DNA of 64,000 nucleotides from Styela clava (lineage: Eukaryota): positions 11,904,001-11,968,000 of the forward strand of contig NC_135262.1 in NCBI RefSeq assembly GCF_964204865.1. The letters are read 5' to 3'. Each line of letters opens with the position of its first letter. Position 1 is the stretch's first letter. A model generated the notes under the pieces. That model was not told the DNA's origin, did not search any database, and worked only from the letters and a program-made list of their open reading frames with translations. Shown in pieces: positions 12,801-26,200 of this stretch. The translations under genes and the position numbers were made by a program.

Positions 12801-15800
12801 TTTTTATTATTTGATGTAAGTGAGGTCAAGAGACAATGAACTTCGTGGCTAAAATGACAAAGCCAATTCAAGTAATCTTGTTACATAGAAATTATGCAAT
12901 TCACAGTGATACAAACCATCCACAATTACCAGAATTATAAAAATATCAAAGATAGATTTCATACCAGAATGCTTGAGAAAAATATAAAAATACAGTTCTG
13001 TTATGTTAAGTTCAGAAAATTATAATAACAGAAAGAATAAAGTTCTGAAAAAGTAAGATTAAAAATATTTTGTTGTAGTTTTTTTTTATGTATTGACGCT
13101 CTGCCGGAACTATACGTTCGGACAAAACTTTTACCAATTTGTATGATATGCTTTGGCTAAAGTCTATAGGCACCTAAATTCATATTACATTCATAGCTTG
13201 CTGCATTCATGTATTTACATAACGGCGCATATTTTAAACGGAGGTAATTTAAATAGATAAATTTGAAAGAGGCTGATATTTTAACACCAATTTACGTTGA
13301 GGCGCATTCCTTTTTTTATATCACTGCATCAAGTCGCAATAGACAGGGTTTTGTGATTACTTTGTAAATGAGGCAACAGACCGTTTACATTCATTTTTAC
13401 AATGAATCAAAGCAATATGCGGGTATCAAATTTGAATATCCGTTTTTTTTATTCATCAAGTCATAGGGACACTACAAAAACGAACATAAAGTTTGACTAT
13501 TGTGTTACATATGTTTCACCTGCTCACTCACTTAGAATTCTACAATTATCGGAACATAAACCGGATTAAGAACAAGAGGTAAAACGTTTTTGATTATTAA
13601 TTACACGGTTTGCAAGTTCGTTGAAATGCATAATTATTGGTTTAATTGAAGGGCAACCTCCGCCTAACATTCACTGCAGCATAAAACATCAACAAGCTTC
13701 CTTTACATTAGTGGCATACTGATATTATGTTATTCTTTATGTGTGTTATTTTTTTTTATATTTTTTTCCATTAGTTGTGACGTGTCATTCGTTAACATAG
13801 AGCATAAAATATAAAACAGAGATAATTTGAAACAAACAGAAACAGAACATCGACTATTAGGTATTACTTATAAATATGTGATAAATTGTGGAAACATGAA
13901 CTATTCCTTTTCAAAATGAATTTTAATACTTCTCAACATTCAGAGACATGGCAGAGACATCTATAAGCACAATTAAATATATCAGGTTAAGAATAACGCA
14001 GTGTTTAAATTTTGCACTCAAATTGTAATATAATCAATTGTCTACGGGTATGGAGAAAAGAATATGTTTAAAAAGTGATCAAAACTATAAAAAATAACTT
14101 CGGTGCTTCAAAGTAAATTATTTCACAAATAACAACGAATTATGAACAAAAATATTATTAGAAATTCTTTATATACTAAGGCAAACAGACAAAACGTACA
14201 ATTATACCGCAATTGCCCAACGGTCTAAAAGAGCAACCTGTGTAACATCAGTATACAGTGTAGTCATGCACTGTATATTATTTACTTATTCTCACGCGTA
14301 TCTTTTGAGCCAGTGAAAATATTTTGCTAATATTCTGTGAAAATTCGCGTTAATACAGTTTATTTACATCACGCGGTCGGTTCAATAAAAATGCTATGAC
14401 ATCAATTAATTTACGAATTTTGTCAAAAAAAGTGGTATATTTTCCAGTCGGAATTGCACAGACAGATGATAAACATATCAATATTTAAGTTGAGATGATA
14501 TTTTCAAATATAAGCATTTGAGAACAATTTTTATTATATAAATTCACGAGCAGCATTCCAAATTCGATGCTTATATTTTGTCTTATCTATAATTCAGTAC
14601 ATGTCACGCAAGCACGACTAATTTTTGAACCCGCTATTACCATGCTGTATATTATTATGTTTAAGATTTTACTTTTGGTACTATCATACCCACGTTACTG
14701 TAATATATATATTTTTGACAATTACACAATTTAAATCCTACCGGGAAGCGGGGACGGCAACTTTATATAGCGACGTTATATAGTTTTAACTATAACAAAC
14801 ATATTGTTCATACAATATAGCATCACAAACAGTCTAACTTTGTAACAAAACAAAGAATATATGTCAGTCGTCATATTTGAGCAATGGGATGTAGAAACCA
14901 TAAACGCTTATATTGAAATAAATTCTAAAATTGTTATAAATTGATATCCAAATATTTCAGACGGTCGAGTACATTACAAAGCAATTTACTTGAATTTAAT
15001 ACCACTGCACAATATGTACAAACAGAAGGACGGACCTTTATAACGAGATCGTTTCTAATAAGATTTGCTTCGTCTGACGGACTCTCTGACTTAATTTGAT
15101 GTATTTTCACCGGAAATGTTCCTATTAGGCTGAATCCAAATTCGTTCGAGATTGGAGACGGTCTAAAATATGAAAGCATCAAAGTTATAATTATTTTTAT
15201 TGTAGTATAATATTTGCAACAGAAATTATTATTTTATTTATCTTTATAAATTTTGTTCTGACAGGACACATAAGAAAACAAGATCATGCTCACTACTATA
15301 TTATGCATATATTAATTTGGTCGATATTAAGATGCACATTGTTCAATAGCAATTTGAAGCCTAATGAAATATTTATGCAATTATGAAAAGTAGCGTGAAG
15401 GATATTGCATCAGATGACAATGCCCGAATAATGTTATAATATAAAATTATTTACTGCAAGGTAACTTCTCGGATCCTAGAAACTACCCCAAGACTTGGTG
15501 GATGCTGTGAAAGTTTTGATACGTGAGAAATGATGTCATCGTCTCCCCATCCGCTAACGTCGTGCGAATTAACCTGAACAAAAATTGATTTTATGCACTC
15601 CATTAAGTTCATTTATGTTTCGGAGCAAAGAAAGGAAATTGATTAAATTGATAAAAAAACTTCTTATGATATTGTGATTCGTTGTCATTCTTTAAATACC
15701 ACACGTTTTTGGAAATGATATCACAAACTAATCGAAAGAAAAATCACATTTCGAACAACTCCGTCACCGAATTAGAGATAAAATATACAATCTGCGTAAA

Positions 15801-15968
15801 ATTCACCTGTAAGATCTGATCTCCTGCTTTTAACCCTGATTGAGCTGCAACGCTTCCAGGTACAACCTTTATAATATGTGTTGGGCCTTTTCCATATATT
15901 GTAAATCCAAATGCTTCTGGCCATGTGTCTGATTTTGAAAACGAATTCTGAAGCTTTGAAGATTTCAT
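9868..15968 (-). CDS. GRID2IP: Delphilin / GRID2IP orthologue (PDZ-containing formin), 5' part; the gene continues beyond window position 1
   Basis: Eight phase-compatible GT-AG exons: 15968-15807, 15573-15455, 15162-15036, 12632-12408, 12116-11962, 11265-11190, 11115-11000, 9953-9868 (~355 aa). The translation follows recalled vertebrate L-Delphilin in order: TWPEAFGFTIYGKGPTHIIKVVPGSVAAQSGLKAGDQILQ (cf. GWPEDFGFRLGGSGP..GLRPGDQILEV), HPPSLGVVSR (cf. PPSLGVL), KAQTFIEK..IKQYSEDRNLEPFVFTL..EELRIFIPRQH (HN domain, cf. KAQEFSRK..LRIFIPKKH), RQVQVVRRHMSFGITLRGENPV (cf. KSFGFTLRGHGPV). I found no FH1/FH2 exons in the window. Confidence 0.9.
11620..11855. mobile_element. 236-bp MITE with ~80-bp terminal inverted repeats and an 8-bp TSD, in a Delphilin intron
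   Basis: Left arm GGTGCTCCCGAAGTATGCGAACCAAGATGGCGGACATCGGAAC..GGTTAGGGTTAGGCGATAATTTT is mirrored by the reverse complement of 11776-11855. Perfect direct repeat GAATAAAT at 11612-11619 and 11856-11863. Confidence 0.9.
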
Positions 15969-17029
15969 TATGAAATTTAACAGAATAGCTATTTCAATTG
16001 ATTCAAATGTTGTATTTTAGTCTGAAGAAGTTCTCATATCCTTTATACCGCTGTGCCCCGGAACCACTGTGACAATAACACGAGGTATGGACTTCACGTT
16101 ATATTCGCTCAGCCGATCGATCATCTCTTAAAATTTTAATGAGGTTTGCTGTCACAGGCAAATTAGTATACTTGGGCTACTCACATTTAATATATTCAAG
16201 AATTGAAACAAAATTCATTTTGCATTATTCTGTTATTAATTGGTATTATTAAACAAAGATCTATGCAATAAATACTGAGATGTAGGAGGGGGTGTAGGAC
16301 TGGGATATGTAGTAACCGTTTATTTTTTCGCCATAGCGTTTATAACGTATACCAATCCTGGCCAAGGCAGTGTACAAGAGCGGGTCATTTCTCTTGAAGT
16401 TTACATATACAGTATATCAATTGTTCTAATTTCGAAACGACTTTTTATTTAATATTTTTGTAAAACATAAATATTTATAACACAGTTGTCACGAGAATCG
16501 AAATAAGAGTTATAAATGAAAGAATTTCCTAAGTGTCGAGTATAACAAGTTGGTTTTATCATAATGAGTGTAAAAATGAGAATATTATCATTTTTCAGAA
16601 AAGCAATTACCAGAAACTAATAAAATAGCTTAAGAATTGTTTAAATGAATCAATTATGTGTAATCAACTTTAAAAGAATAATAGAATACAATGACTACCA
16701 TGTCATGTACTTTTTTATATTTAAGTGAGATGAACCGGTATGACTACTTTCTCCAGATTCGGGTTTGGTTTAAAAATACCGCGATAATGTCTATTTGCGT
16801 AGGTCATTATTAACAGGTATAGTCCTTGTTAAAATTAGTCGGGATTAACACAAAATGTTCACGCTCTCAAGTCGTGTTAAAATAAAGACATGGTGGATTT
16901 ATAAAGAATAAACTAAAGTGCCCTGAAGCAGGAGCATGAAAAGCGCGAAAACCTCTCTCACGCTATGAATGAATATCCGACTGCACTTTTTTGTGAACTC
17001 TCCTTTTACCGGGAACGGTAGACAAGATT

Positions 17030-17242
17030 CTTTTCACGTTAGTCTTGTTCGTCGTGGCGACGGGTGTGCGTTTGGTTGATGGTAATGTCTTCGATCAAGT
17101 ATTGTTCCTAACCAGGAGCAATTTGATTGAGACATAGAGACTGCTGAATATCGCAGCCACAACTGACAACCTTCAACTACAAAGACATCGGACTGAAAAC
17201 CAATCACAATTTTTGCTCAATTCGATAAAAGAGTTATACAAG
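17030..17242 (+). other. Candidate non-coding first exon of the + strand gene at 28739
   Basis: Strong donor AAG|GTAAGT at 17242/17243 after a comparatively GC-richer stretch. A plausible partner acceptor (ttttacattttacag|) is at 28441. The start coordinate is approximate and there is no transcript evidence. Confidence 0.3.
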
Positions 17243-20200
17243 GTAAGTGCCAACGTTTAGTACGAAATTATTTAATTTTTTTTCTCATATTCCACCTTAT
17301 CAAAAGCGGGACGTTGTCGCTAAGGGTGAAAAATCATACATTTAATCAGCTTGTTTCACTTTTTCCATCTTTCTGTGCGTACCAATAGTTTTTTTATGAC
17401 GATAAACGGATGAAAATTTAAATGTGTATTCGAGAATATTCAGCTTGTCGACATTAAGAACTCACATAAAAAGTTACAAAAGAATTCACTGCGTATTCAG
17501 AAAAAACAAATCCACATATGCTACTGTATTTATGTGTTCGTCGTAGTTAAAGTGAGTAGTCTCACACCGGGTACAAAACATGTGAGTAGTAGTATTTTTG
17601 AAGAAATGACCAAATTCAATAGAAGTTATAAAATCAGTGAACATGTTAAACAACCTGATATTTTCTGAATTTTCAAGAAAGTTCACAGCTTTCTTGAACT
17701 TCCAACTTGCTTTGTTGATGATGAGTTTGAATTTATATTGGTATGGATGTCAACACGAAATCCTATACTACAGCATCAACGTTTTGCGCAGATTGTATAA
17801 CATGAAATAAAGTATCAAATAAGCAGCTGTGATGTCGCAACTCATCGCCAGATTTTGCGTCGGGTCGTACAAACTTTGTGGATTAAGATGGAATTTCATA
17901 CCCACGAACTAAAACTTAACTTTTAAAAATTGAACGTTGATTATTTAAAGGAGCAATACTCAAGTGATAACTTCACATAATTTAGTCGTGGATAGGTAGC
18001 ACACTGAAGAGATAACTTGGACGTATAAGATCAACTTTATTGCGTGATAAACGTGCAAAATTAGTTAAATTATACTTCTAAGCAGATGCTTTTGCAAATT
18101 TTAACAACTGGGAACCACGCTTTGGTATCAATAACTGAATAGGTAATGTGGTCTCTGCGCATTTGTGCATTACGCAAGCGATTATGTTCCGCGAATAATA
18201 AGTGAAATCTCGTCATTTTGAAACAGATTTAAATTTAAAAATTATTGATGCACAATTTTGATCAAATCATGGTAATTTCTAATACGTGTAACTTTTTTAA
18301 TTCAGTATAAGTTTCAATCAAAATAGTACGTTGCGAAACTCATTTGTTCGCTGTTTCGAAGAACTTATTCCGATACAATATTTCGGCAATATGACAAACT
18401 CATCGCTCATTATATTGACCACAAAATAATTATATATATACTTGTTTAAAATGCCTCTCATATTATGACGTATAAAACGATAAACTTAGGATGCGGTTGT
18501 CTGCTTGAAACAATTAAAACGTATAATTTGAAATAGGTTGAAACATCACATCCTCAAGGCTCAGAAGGTAATTATATGTACCACGCACTTGCTTTGCATT
18601 AAATTTCACTGCGGACATTTCAAAACTGATACTGGGAAAATGTCACAAGATTATTTGTTCTGCTGTTCTATGTTTAGAATAAGAAAAGCGTAGGTCGATA
18701 ATCACACTGCTAAATCTTGGGTTTGGTTCATGCTTTGTCGCCCAAGGTTCTTTTATACGATTGCCGGAAATTTTAAGAAATTCTTCCCATACAAGCATTA
18801 AGTCGAAAATAGATTTGGTAATATTTATGACAAGTGTACGTCATTAGGATTCTAAGCAGTATTTTAATAGAGATACGCGTTGGAGGTTTTTCAAAATGCT
18901 ATTCGCATTGAATGAAAAACTTTTGAAACAGATTTATATTTATTTGGTTCTTCGTAGCGAAAGTTAGCTGCAAAAAAATATATGAAAATCTTGTTTCTCT
19001 GAATTCGTTTCCATATTAAAAGAAACTTGTTAAGAGTCACTTCGTCTACATTGACACTGTTGCAATGTTATTTAAATATAACAAATAATAAAATCAAATA
19101 AAAGCAATTCAATTGACTTTATTTGACGATTGCTGACGTGTTTGCAACCAGTTGAATTTTGATTGGACTTATTATATAGCAGGTCTGAGGCAAAATCAGA
19201 AAGTAATTCCCAAACAATGAATGAATGCTGTATATTTAAAATGATCGATTCCTGTTTCAAGCTTACGTCAAATTATATCAGTTGGCTTTTCAATTTCCAG
19301 ACAAAACATATTTTCATTATATTATTACTTGGTCCATTACTATGTGCTGTTTTGTAGTTCCCAATAGAAGTTTTTGCTTTTTAATTGCTTAATATATCTT
19401 CTATTAGAGATGACTTGTGTTTTGATTCAATTTCATTCCACTTTGTATACTAATTCTGTTGAGAGGAAATTGCCTATTTCCAGCTACTTCAATATATTTA
19501 TGCCATAAAATGTATTGCATTTATGGCTCATATCCTGTACAAGTGTTTACAAATGTGATATCCAATCCACATTCTCTGAAAACATCGTCCATCATAATAT
19601 CATTTTTCATCCCAATGTAATATGTTTACAAACACGCGTGTCACCTAATATAAACATTCATGTCAAAACAAAATACGTTTATTTAAACAACTTAATCTTT
19701 GTTTTGGTTTTTATAAACAAAATCATAATGAACAATAACTTTTCATCATAAAATGTAATTGTTCGTGGCATTTATAATTGTGAAAAGAGTAATTTGGTTT
19801 TCAACTAATGAGTCTATACAGAAAGCAAATGTGAAGGAAAATGTTCATCATTTTTCACAAGTTGATTATTGATTGCATGGGAATGAAATTTTAACATGGC
19901 AGGTATATCTCGGTACTCATGAAGGTTGAATTGTCGTTTGAAAATGTAATATCCTAATCTATTTATTAAATGTCCTCGATCATTTCGACCCCATGTTAAT
20001 ATTTATTTGGCTGAAGCTTTGACTTAAAATGATTAGTTTGCTTCATTCAAACTTATTGCTCGGAACGCATTCTGTTGTTATGGTGTGAATAAACCCTACT
20101 AAAATGTTTACTTTTAGTAAACCAATAAACCGAGGCAGAGGGTTGTTAAAATATTAACCTAGTAAAGCGTATAAGTTTAATTGGTCATTCTAAAAAGGCT

Positions 20201-23200
20201 TCATGGTTATTGGTTTAAAGATTATCGCATCTTTTCTCTATCATCAAAGAATACTTTCACAATTACCTTTGTAATTACAAGTTTAAATTTTAATTATGCA
20301 CTGTCGGAAATACACACGGATGTTGCAAGTTAGTAAAAAAGCACTTTTGCAATAAAAGTTTATTAGACTTAATGAGTTTCTACGTCGTTAATAACATAAG
20401 ATAACGAACTGTATGTTCAGGTGGCACCGAGCAGAATGCACGGAAAAATTGCCTATTTGGTTTATTAACATCAATATTCTCTGAGGATACCGTTTTTTCA
20501 TCTTTCCGATATTAAATTAGTTTTACTGGCTGAAGTATTAGTTAGATATTTTAAGCATTACTTTCTTATGACTGGTTTCTTGGCCACATTAATGGCAACA
20601 AAAACTATAAAAATATTATCTAAATGAACTTGTATTATTTTTAGCGTATTGGATATTAACCCCTAACGTACTTGCGTGATGGAGGTTTTTAGGTTAAAGG
20701 GGTTAATAAAATCCAATGACATTTTTATAAAATATGTAATGATTCCAATTACTTATAGAACTACAAGTTTTGTAAGAAGACTGCATTGTAAATTTTTTAA
20801 ACAAAATGGCCCAAGGCTGTGATAAAATGTTTGAAATCTTTGACATGAGAAAATTTAAATTTTTACAAATTGTTCAAAATCACCAGACTGTCGCCAGAAT
20901 ATTGGACCTTATAAATCAGCATGCACAATTACTACTAACTGAATTGTGTAAGAAGTTTGAAATATGGTCCAGACTACGCCATCCCGATTTTTTTAATCGC
21001 ATGTTGTCTCCAGATAATAGTGATATATTTAACACTGCGAGACAATATCAGAATGTAGGAAGCGAAGACAATTGAAATAGGTTTGTTGAAACATAACTGA
21101 GATCATGCTCGATAAAAATAATGGAACGATCTTTTATGTCCACTGGAAAGAAAGTGAGAAAATAATAGTCCATGACCGATATTTCAATCCTGCTCAATTA
21201 CGTTATAGACAAGTGTCATATATGAATACAAGTTGTAGTAAAACTAGCAACGTTTTGTAATAAATGAGGTTACATAATAAAGTTATTACTATGGATGCAA
21301 TAAATCTTGCCTTCACTTTCTTTTACGATAAAGGTCAAATACAATTAAGAATATTTCCGAATTTGCCAATTGAATCTAATATAGTTTGCAAACGTGACCA
21401 TGATAAATATGAACTATATGAATCGCCATGCTGAATGCATTATACATAATCTTTGTGGTTTGCATTAGGATTTTTGTTCATTTCCGCTCCATTTTTTTAA
21501 AGTTTTGGATACTCGTTTTCTTTACAATCAATTTTTGAAGTGATCACTGGTATTTTTTGATTTTATATCAAATTTTCGCAGCAAATCAATTCCATTTGTT
21601 ACGTTTTTTGTATTTGAAAGTTGTCAGTGTCTGCTCAAGTAACGAACAAGTTGTATGACATATGATGGTGTATACACGTATCAGGTGTAAACTGCGAGAT
21701 CGCGTCAAACGTTGCACTCCTGGGGCTTATTACCACATTTTATCTTGATAGAACATTTAGTCGACTTGCCCGCAGGGAGACACTCCGCATACTTGGATTT
21801 GTTAAACAAACGCTTGAAATTTTATAAGAATAAAATAGCGATTTGATAATTTTTGGTTCAAATCCGGTCATACCGACGCTGCAACAAATTTTCTGAACAG
21901 TGTGCATATTTTATTCTTTTAAATTTTGAATTCTTCAGTAAAGAAAGGTTTTCTTTCCAAAACGAATACTGTAAAAATCTTATTTTTCCAAATTTACAAA
22001 TATGTACACATAAAAGACAATTTAATACATGCATAACCAAAAAAATGATAAAGATACCAGAACATGTCATTTTTGAGTGAAGATGTGCAACTTTGGATTA
22101 ATTATTTTCAAATATACTTTTTGATCAAAGGGGACTTTGTACAACTGAAAACCTGATCATTCTTACTTTACCATTTCCGTTTAATAATCTATTTTGCGCC
22201 TTTAATTATCGGTTTTGCTAAATACATTCGTCGCGGGTCATCAAGTCAGACTAGTTATCTCCATTATAGTTTAAAAATGAGGGGTTCTGGTTGAAACCTG
22301 TCACCTGATTTAGATAAATATTAGCTACGATACTGGAAAAATAAATATCGCCTTTCGGGCGTATCATATACCCTGTTTAACTTGAGCTTCCATTACCTTC
22401 ATTATCTTCTAATGTAAATGGAGTGAACTCTTTGGCCTCTAAAGGAAATATTTGGCACAAATTAAGTTAACTAAAAACCAGTTGTTGAAATATGTTACAT
22501 TTAATAAGTAAAACAACACATACAATTATTTCGGTTTTGTCACTCTTGCTAACAGGGTATAGTTTTATGTTTGTGTGAACGTAGAAAATATTTAAATTTA
22601 TTGACGAATTAGTTAGAAATACTTGTTTATAAATCTAGTTAACTACATAAATTCACAGTTCATGAAAGTCCAAAAGTTTTATGCTACAACGAAAAACTGT
22701 CACGGACTATCACAAGCCAGGAGGGTGATACGTATCCTGCACCAACGCTTATCATCAATATTTAACTCAATAACATCATACATAAGTCTTCGGAAGATAT
22801 TTAAGATCGTTGAAAATAGGGTCGCTTTCTGAATTTCTAGCAAGTGTCTTTATTGTCGTTTTGCAATTTTTATTTGTCATTTTATTTGTTTTCTAGTAAT
22901 TGCTTTGATGTCTTTATTATTAAGTCCTATAACCTATAATAGGGTTTTGTATTAGGACATGAAGACACTCTGGAAACATTGACTACAGTGTGTTTCAACA
23001 CTCTCAGCATGGGTGCAGCAGCAAAATTAATAAAATGACTGAGACACAAAATTGGAATATTCGGTATATATTGTTTCGAATAAACTCAGTGTATTTCCTC
23101 ACGTATACGATTTTTATGATTATCTGCCATCAATCCATTGATGAAACTCGTTCGTTAACATAATTAACACATGTATATCGTGTTAGCTTTGTTATAATTA

Positions 23201-26200
23201 CCGGTTTATCTTATACTTATCATTATCTACGCCGGATCTGTAAATTTAGCATAATAGAAAATAAGGCTACGACGTAACCAGGTCTCAACAGAACACGTGT
23301 AATCTTCGATTCGTCCACGCGTTCAGCGCCTGATCACACTGTGATTCAACCAGCTATTCCCGGTATTTAAACCTACGAATTAATACCTAATCAGCAGTGT
23401 TGTGGAACGATCAAAAGTACCAAATAAAAACTGAACAAATCCGGGTGGAAATTTCAACATTTTAACTACGAATTGTGATAACATGCCTAGGTATGCATGG
23501 GCGTAGTCCTAAATCCCACACGAACACTTGGGTTCAAGGTATGTTTCAGTTTTCTGGTATTTCTTTCTCAAAATGAGAGAAATTTATTATCACGATTTTC
23601 TTGTTTTTCCTGCTTAGCAACTTTTTGCTAACTTCTCTCGTATTAGTCAACCCGCATGGTTCGAATAATTCAATGCAGAACAGTTGCTTTTAAGTCACTA
23701 AAACAAAGTTAACATCTTCGTTTTCTTGCACAATAAAATTTATTTGTAAATTTTTGCCTAATAACATAGGATTCATACAACGTGAGGACATCATGTAAAA
23801 ATTGATGTTTTTTGAGTAATTTAACACTCGAAAAGTTTCGTAACGCGAATCGTGAAAACATTAATGATTGCGTCATGCAGTTAAATTATTCTTTACATCT
23901 ATTCACTTTCAACGTGGTGTCCCGCATTAAATAATCATACATTGACGTACTTTCAGAAAATTGTTAGAATGAATTTTAGTGAACTGCACAAATGTCTGCG
24001 AGGATATATATGTATATTCTCCAATATGTTAAAAGTACTGATACGTATTCCGTAAGTCTATGACCTATCTATAAAGCACGCTGCGCCGAAACTTATGTCA
24101 CATGCTTCAATGTTCGTTGACTTGAATATTTTCAAGAATTAGTTTATCAACAATTGTAGATGGATGGATTATGTGCTGTAATGATTTTCATTGAAATGTA
24201 TACGTTCAGTGGAATCTATTTGTTATTTTTATTGGGATTGTGTAAATAAACACATCATCACATCATAAATAAAATCTAAATTATTCCATTATTTAAATTT
24301 TAACGCAATTATGGCGAATGTTAAATCTGCTGCAGGTGTGCAGAACCGTATTTCAATCTAAAGTGCTAACTGAGTTTGTAAATTTTCTAAATTGTCACGT
24401 AGACTGACATAAATTTTTAATTTTTTTTCTAAGGGACATTTGTTGTTTTATAAAACATAAACATTTTGTTTACTACCATGCATTTTATATTTTTATTTTA
24501 TTGGTTGTAACATGTAATTAACATTCTTGGTTAACATTGACACTGCAACGTGAGTGTGCATTTAAATTTGATTGTTTTCTTACGATCTATAAAGATTTAC
24601 GCAACTCAATAAACGACAATTTCCCAACAGTTTAAACCGTAAACGATTAAAATCATAATGTGAATTTTCTAACATGAGAGTTAACTATCCTTCAAAACGT
24701 GCATTTCATGCATTAGTTACAATAACCATAAAATAGAAATGTGCCATGTAATGTATTACGAATCACTTTTTTCGCAAATTTAAATTAAATACGTAAATGT
24801 CACAACTGTCGTATGTGGTATTACTTATCCTGACGTATGGTATCCGCTGATTCCCGGGTATCATTAGCGACAATTCTTAGCGGTGTCATTACGGATCATT
24901 ATCATATTTAAAGAAATTATGCCTACATTATTACACTAAATGGAGGATAAAATTCTGGCATATTTCCTACGTATCTTTCAAAATTCAGCCGGGGACAAAT
25001 TATGTCAAAAAATGCCGTTTTGACGTTAGTAGATTATAAATTCGAATATCCTATTCCGGGATAATCAAATTATATTCCACCCAAAATTATTAAAAAGCAA
25101 TCATAAATTAAATCAAATAACTTGATAAAATGTATAGTTAATAGAGCAGTAAATGATATAGCTATAAACTCTTTAAAATTGGCATGTGCGGACTGAAGAA
25201 TATACGTATGAATGACGTGGTATTAATTTGTATAATTTATTCCATGATTGTGGCTCAACTTTTAAACTGAGATAAATACGCGAGAAGATTTCGGTGTGAA
25301 TTTCTGTAGAAAGGTTCTGTAGTCAGCAAGACTTGAGAGTGAACTGGGAATAATGTTGAAATAATATCAAATAGTTGAGTTTAAAAAACAGGAAAGTGGC
25401 AATATTTGTTTCGCGTGTATGGTATCAAGGTATTTCCTAAATATAGTTATTAATAATTACATATAAACCATTGAAGGTAAAACATTTTGGTTGAGCTGGA
25501 CTAGTTGCATGACTGTGTCTGTTCCGATTCACTATATGTATTGATGTGTCGAAATTATTACGAAATATTCATTGATTGGATGTGAAATATTAACTTTTCT
25601 TCTTAGAACCGCTTCCTCGAAAGAATAATTGATTGAATAATTGCTCACTGGTCGTATACTATATTATCTTCATCCCCCTGATTTATCACACGCTTCTCTT
25701 CTTTATAATGTTCTTAGAAAACTAATTCACTCCAAATCAGAAACACAGAACCACGCATTTCAATACATGGCCAATAGATAACCAATTCTTGAAATAGGAT
25801 TCAAGTTTGATTTATACTTGATTTCACTTGAAAATGAAGACGTATTGACGTTACTTTATGACGTATATGTCGTCACTTCTGCGTGAAAGTGGTTGATCGG
25901 ATTACAAAAGTAATCCTTTCGTTGTGTAACTATCGATCACTTGTAACAACCTTTATACTGCTGGGAAATTAATGAGGACTGACAGGTGATTCAACGTCGA
26001 TTCATCTCCGTAAAAATTATTGAGAAATTTTTAAGGAATGTGACGCAGTTTCATTCGGAAATATTTATAGTTATTGATTCGTCACAATTCTCAATTCATA
26101 ACACCACTGTTTTATTACTCGATGTACACACTTTCAATAAATTTTAAAATTCACTCATACAATAATTGTATAATATAATATCAAGCATTAGATAGGTTTG

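Noticed and set aside
19100-19620. Purine-rich minus-strand stretch vaguely resembling a decayed LINE 3' region
   Set aside because: No continuous frame or diagnostic RT/endonuclease motif could be read.
20656-20706. TTAA-CCCCT..AGGGG-TTAA, a 43-bp piggyBac-like miniature; similar weak case at ~43394-43568
   Set aside because: TIRs too short and imperfect to distinguish from chance without a genome-wide search.
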